NCBI GenBank assembly: GCA_963803805.1 | Contig: CAWDOD010000011.1 | Span: 608,001 to 672,000, forward strand | Origin: an uncultured cyanobacterium | Lineage (GTDB): Bacteria; Cyanobacteriota; Cyanobacteriia; Cyanobacteriales; CAWCAG01 | Length of the DNA stretch: 64,000 nt | Direction of reading: 5' to 3' | Shown: positions 60,007-64,000 of the stretch, piece by piece | Layout of the letters: each line of letters begins with the position of its first letter | Position numbering within the stretch: position 1 is the stretch's first letter | The notes under the pieces: generated by a model | Seen by the model: only the letters and a program-made list of their open reading frames with translations | Told to the model about the DNA's origin: nothing | Databases searched by the model: none | Program-made: the position numbers and the translations under genes

Positions 60007-63000
60007 ATGTCCTTTGCCTCTATTATTCGTAACCTCGAACGTTCTTCTTTAACCGCAGAATTGCTGTCGAAACTACAAAAGAAGCGATCGCTGTTTTTAA
60101 ATGGTATTCCTCGTTTGCCGAAAGGCTTGGTTGCTTCAGCTTTAGCACTTGCACAAGAGAAACATCTTTTAGTGGTTTGTGCAACCTTAGAAGAGGCAGG
60201 GCGCATGGCGACTCAATTAGAGGCAATGGGTTGGCAGACGGTAAATTTTTATCCTACCTCAGAAGCATCTCCCTACGAAGCTTTTAACCTTGAATCAGAG
60301 ATGATTTGGGGACAGATGCAAGTTCTTTCTGTTCTCATTACCAAACCAGATCATAAAATGGCGATTGTCGCTACAGAAAGAGCGCTACAACCCTATTTAC
60401 CTCCCCTAGAAGCTTTGCAGGATTACTATGTTAATTTGCAAGGGGGAACTAGTTATGAAACCAAAGCTTTAGAACGCCAGTTAGTTAAGTTGGGTTATGA
60501 ACGAGTCTCTTTAGTAGAAACAGAGGGGCAGTGGAGTCGGCGCGGGGATTTGGTGGATGTTTTTCCTGTTTCGGCGGAACTACCTGTGCGTTTAGAGTGG
60601 TTTGGAGATGAGTTGGAGAAGATTCGGGAATTTGATCCTGTTACCCAGCGTTCCCTTGATGTTATTGGACAGTTATTATTAACTCCAACTAGTTTTGCCC
60701 CCATTATTGCTGCGGAGTTGGGGGCAAGGGCAGATTTTCTAGCTTATCTTAACAGTGAAGAACAAGAAGCTTTAAATGAAGGAATTTTACCCAAGGGAAT
60801 GCAGCGTTTTTTGGGGCTAGCTTATCATCCCCCAGCTTCTTTGCTAGATTATTTACCCACAGATACCTTAATCGCTTTTGATGAGGTAGAACAATGTCGC
60901 GCCCATAGTGATCGCTGGGTAGAACACGCCGAAGAGATGAGAACTGAAAGCGATGTACCCAGGATTCATCGTTCCTTAGCTGAGTCTATCACCATTGCCC
61001 AAAAGTTTCCTATTCTTTATTTATCAGAACTTGTAGAAGCTGATAGCGAGGGTTTAGATTTATCTAGTCGCCCCCTCCCGGTGACTCCCCACCAGTTTGG
61101 TAAATTAGCGGATATTCTCCGGGGTAAGAAAGAAATTTATAGCGGCATCACCTTAGATAAATATGACACCTGGTTAATTTCCGCCCAACCTTCTCGTTCC
61201 GTTGCCCTATTGCAAGAACACGATTGCCCTGCCCAGTTTGTTCCTAATCCCCGTGATTACCCAGCCATTGAGAGGTTGCATACCCAACATACTGCTGTAG
61301 CCCTGAAATATTCCGGCTTGGCAGAATTAGAAGGATTCGCTTTACCTACCTTCCGCATCGCCCTTGTCACCGACAGAGAATTTTTCGGGCAACATAATTT
61401 AGGAACCGCCAGTTACATCCGCAAGCGTCGTCGTGCCGCTTCCAAACAAGTAGACTTAAATAAGTTACGCCCTGGGAATTATGTGGTACACAAAAACCAC
61501 GGTGTTGGTAAATTTCTGAAGCTGGAAACCTTAGCCAGCAGGGATTATTTGGTAATTCAATATGCCGATGGTTTATTAAGGGTTCCGGCTGATAGCATCG
61601 AGGTACTTTCACGCTTGCAGCAGACGGGAAAAGCCCCCCCAGAATTAAATAAAATGACGGGGAAGCTTTGGCACAAAACCAGAAACCGCGCCCGCAAAGC
61701 CATCAAAAAACTAGCAGTAGATTTGTTGGAATTATATGCCAAGCGATCGCAACTCGAAGGCTATGCCTATCCCCCTGATTCTCCTTGGCAAGAAGAATTG
61801 GAAGATTCTTTCCCTTATCAACCTACCCCAGATCAGCTTAAGGCTGTGCAGGATGTCAAAAGAGATTTAGAAAGCGATCACCCCATGGATCGTTTAGTTT
61901 GTGGAGATGTGGGCTTTGGTAAAACCGAAGTGGCAATCCGGGCTATTTTTAAAGTTGTTACTGCTGGTAACAAGCAAGTAGCCTTCCTCGCCCCCACCAC
62001 CATTCTTACCCAGCAACATTACCATACCCTCAAAGAAAGGTTTGCCCCCTATCCCATCAATGTAGGCTTATTGAACCGCTTCCGTAGTGCCTCAGAAAAG
62101 AAGGATATTTTGCAACGTTTAGCCACAGGGGAATTAGATGTAGTGGTAGGAACCCAACAACTTCTAGGCAAAAATGTCCAATTCAAAAACTTAGGGATGT
62201 TGGTGGTAGATGAAGAACAAAGGTTTGGGGTAAATCAAAAAGAGAAAATCAAATCCTTAAAAACCCAAGTAGATGTGCTAACCCTCACCGCAACCCCCAT
62301 CCCCCGCACCCTCTATATGTCCCTCTCTGGCATCCGGGAAATGAGTCTCATTACTACTCCCCCTCCCTCACGCCGCCCCATTAAAACCCACCTTTCCTCC
62401 TATAACCCAGAAGCAATTAGAACAGCGATTCGTAATGAATTAGATCGAGGAGGACAGGTATTTTATGTAGTTCCTAGGGTAGAAGGTATTGAAGAACTAG
62501 CAGGGAGAATTAGGGAAATGGTTCCCAGCGCAAGAATTGCGATCGCCCACGGGCAAATGCCAGAAGCAGAGTTAGAAGTTACCATGCTAACTTTCAACAA
62601 CGGCGATGCAGATATCTTAGTTTGCACTACCATCATTGAATCCGGCTTGGATATCCCCAGAGTTAACACTATTATTGTCGAAGATGCCCAAAAATTCGGA
62701 CTTTCCCAACTCTATCAATTGCGGGGTAGAGTCGGGCGGGCAGGTACACAAGCCCATGCTTGGTTATTGTACCCTAAGAAAAATCAACTCTCCGAAGCTG
62801 CTAGAAAGCGTTTACGTGCCTTACAAGAGTTTACCCAACTGGGTTCTGGCTACCAACTAGCCATGCGAGATATGGAAATACGGGGTGTGGGTAGCTTATT
62901 GGGGGCAGAACAATCGGGGCAAATGGATATTATCGGTTTTGAGATGTATATGGGGATGTTGACTGAAGCAATTCAAGAAATTCAAGGTCAAGAAATTCCT

Positions 63001-63474
63001 CAAGTAGAAGATACCCAAATAGACTTACAACTTACTGCTTTTATCCCTGCTGAATACATTAATGATATTGAGCAAAAAATGACTGCTTATCGCACCCTCG
63101 CTACTGCTGATAGTTCTGAAGAGTTAGTCCAAATTGCTGCTGATTGGAGTGATCGCTACGGTACAATGCCTCCAGCCGCACAACAATTAATTAGAATTAT
63201 GGAGTTAAAACAAGTTGCCAAGTCATTAGGGTTTTCTCGCATTAAACCAGAAGGTAAGCAACATATTGTTTTAGAAACACCAATGGCAGAACCGGCTTGG
63301 AAGTTATTAAAAGAAAATTTACCACAACATCTCCAATCTCGATTTGTTTATCAACAAAAGAAAGTTGTAGTTAGAGGTTTAGGGGTGGTTAAACCTGCTA
63401 AACAGTTAGAAGATTTAATTGATTGGTTAAGTAAGATGCAAGGGGCTTTGCCGGAAACCTTAGTGTTAAAGTAA
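60007..63474 (+). CDS. mfd: Transcription-repair coupling factor
   Basis: CarD-like RID (VVHKNHGVG), [31 protein letters not shown] and DMEIRG.G.LLG motifs. Confidence 0.98.
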   Translation: MSFASIIRNLERSSLTAELLSKLQKKRSLFLNGIPRLPKGLVASALALAQEKHLLVVCATLEEAGRMATQLEAMGWQTVNFYPTSEASPYEAFNLESEMIWGQMQVLSVLITKPDHKMAIVATERALQPYLPPLEALQDYYVNLQGGTSYETKALERQLVKLGYERVSLVETEGQWSRRGDLVDVFPVSAELPVRLEWFGDELEKIREFDPVTQRSLDVIGQLLLTPTSFAPIIAAELGARADFLAYLNSEEQEALNEGILPKGMQRFLGLAYHPPASLLDYLPTDTLIAFDEVEQCRAHSDRWVEHAEEMRTESDVPRIHRSLAESITIAQKFPILYLSELVEADSEGLDLSSRPLPVTPHQFGKLADILRGKKEIYSGITLDKYDTWLISAQPSRSVALLQEHDCPAQFVPNPRDYPAIERLHTQHTAVALKYSGLAELEGFALPTFRIALVTDREFFGQHNLGTASYIRKRRRAASKQVDLNKLRPGNYVVHKNHGVGKFLKLETLASRDYLVIQYADGLLRVPADSIEVLSRLQQTGKAPPELNKMTGKLWHKTRNRARKAIKKLAVDLLELYAKRSQLEGYAYPPDSPWQEELEDSFPYQPTPDQLKAVQDVKRDLESDHPMDRLVCGDVGFGKTEVAIRAIFKVVTAGNKQVAFLAPTTILTQQHYHTLKERFAPYPINVGLLNRFRSASEKKDILQRLATGELDVVVGTQQLLGKNVQFKNLGMLVVDEEQRFGVNQKEKIKSLKTQVDVLTLTATPIPRTLYMSLSGIREMSLITTPPPSRRPIKTHLSSYNPEAIRTAIRNELDRGGQVFYVVPRVEGIEELAGRIREMVPSARIAIAHGQMPEAELEVTMLTFNNGDADILVCTTIIESGLDIPRVNTIIVEDAQKFGLSQLYQLRGRVGRAGTQAHAWLLYPKKNQLSEAARKRLRALQEFTQLGSGYQLAMRDMEIRGVGSLLGAEQSGQMDIIGFEMYMGMLTEAIQEIQGQEIPQVEDTQIDLQLTAFIPAEYINDIEQKMTAYRTLATADSSEELVQIAADWSDRYGTMPPAAQQLIRIMELKQVAKSLGFSRIKPEGKQHIVLETPMAEPAWKLLKENLPQHLQSRFVYQQKKVVVRGLGVVKPAKQLEDLIDWLSKMQGALPETLVLK

Positions 63475-63487
63475 CAAGTAATAAGTT

Positions 63488-64000
63488 TTGAGTTTTTCTG
63501 TACTGGATCAAGATAAATATTGCTTAAGTAATGCTCGTATTCCTGCGCCACTCTTGGAAAGAGAAATAGCTAGGGGAACAGGAGAAGATGGTTTTTGTGT
63601 AGTTAATTTAATTATTGAAAAAGGGGCGATCGCTGCTATAAATCCTGCTTCTCCAACGAGTGCTAATCTTCCTGTTTATAACTTGAATAAAGGTATTATA
63701 TTACCCTGCTTTGTTGATATTCATACCCATTTGGATAAAGGACATATTTGGGCAAGAACTCCTAATCCTGATGGTACATTTAGTAATGCTATCAAAGCTT
63801 CCCAAGCTGATGCTGCAAAGTATTGGCGAGGAGAAGATGTTTATCGACGTATGGAGTTTAGTTTAAAATGTAGTTATGTTCATGGCACGAAAGCAATTCG
63901 TACTCATATTGATTGTTTTGGTAAACAAGGAGAGATTAGTTTAGCTATTTTTCAAACTTTACAGAAAGAGTGGCAAAACAAGCTCATTCTTCAGGCTGTT
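63488..64000 (+). CDS. codA: Cytosine deaminase-like amidohydrolase, N-terminal part (runs off window end)
   Basis: Manual translation: ...ILPCFVDIHTHLDKGHIWARTPNPDGTF...GTKAIRTHID. The start (TTG 63488) is uncertain. Confidence 0.85.
   Translation, partial: MSFSVLDQDKYCLSNARIPAPLLEREIARGTGEDGFCVVNLIIEKGAIAAINPASPTSANLPVYNLNKGIILPCFVDIHTHLDKGHIWARTPNPDGTFSNAIKASQADAAKYWRGEDVYRRMEFSLKCSYVHGTKAIRTHIDCFGKQGEISLAIFQTLQKEWQNKLILQAV

Larger units (their letters stand above)
1..64000. repeat. HIP1 octamer GCGATCGC dispersed throughout the window
   Basis: Roughly 25-30 copies counted by eye (e.g. near 2696, 3968, 6522, 14087, 21249, 25323, 37314, 54270, 63626). Well under one copy is expected by chance at this GC content. 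Hallmark of many cyanobacteria. Confidence 0.95.

Noticed and set aside
3007-63551. Numerous short antisense or overlapping ORFs in the track (e.g. 7516..7887, 12234..12698, 35004..35324, 44603..44947, 47619..47954)
   Set aside because: They are shadows of well-supported genes on the other strand or frame and carry no recognisable motifs.

Overview
This is a 64-kb chromosomal window from a cyanobacterium. The evidence is a phycocyanin operon, strong enrichment of the HIP1 octamer GCGATCGC and STRR-type heptamer repeats. The glucosylglycerol-phosphate synthase gene ggpS suggests a salt-tolerant strain. Core genes are ftsH, tRNA-Cys, purM, rlpA, panC/cmk, ilvE, cpcBA-C-C-D, pcyA, pcrA, ggpS, mfd and codA. 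They are interleaved with accessory signalling and conflict-type genes: an IS5-disrupted NACHT gene, an AAA ATPase paired with a giant STAND/WD40 protein, an FHA-CHAT protein, an NB-ARC/TPR protein, two Ser/Thr kinases, a PP2C phosphatase and two NfeD-SPFH modules. The most unusual structure is a DUF559 endonuclease gene embedded in a family of multi-hairpin GC-rich repeats. It has ~100-bp direct repeats on both sides, a 146-bp tandem array downstream, and its stop codon lies inside the repeat. It sits between the ATPase and the STAND-WD40 gene, whose 16 near-identical WD40 repeats vary mainly at a few positions. Other notable items are a relic XRE/ImmA-IrrE switch with twin candidate operators, a split GgpPS-like phosphatase-synthase pair, a Zur box, and about a dozen single-base frameshifts that may be sequencing artefacts. 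All family assignments come from motif recognition by eye; no database searches were run.
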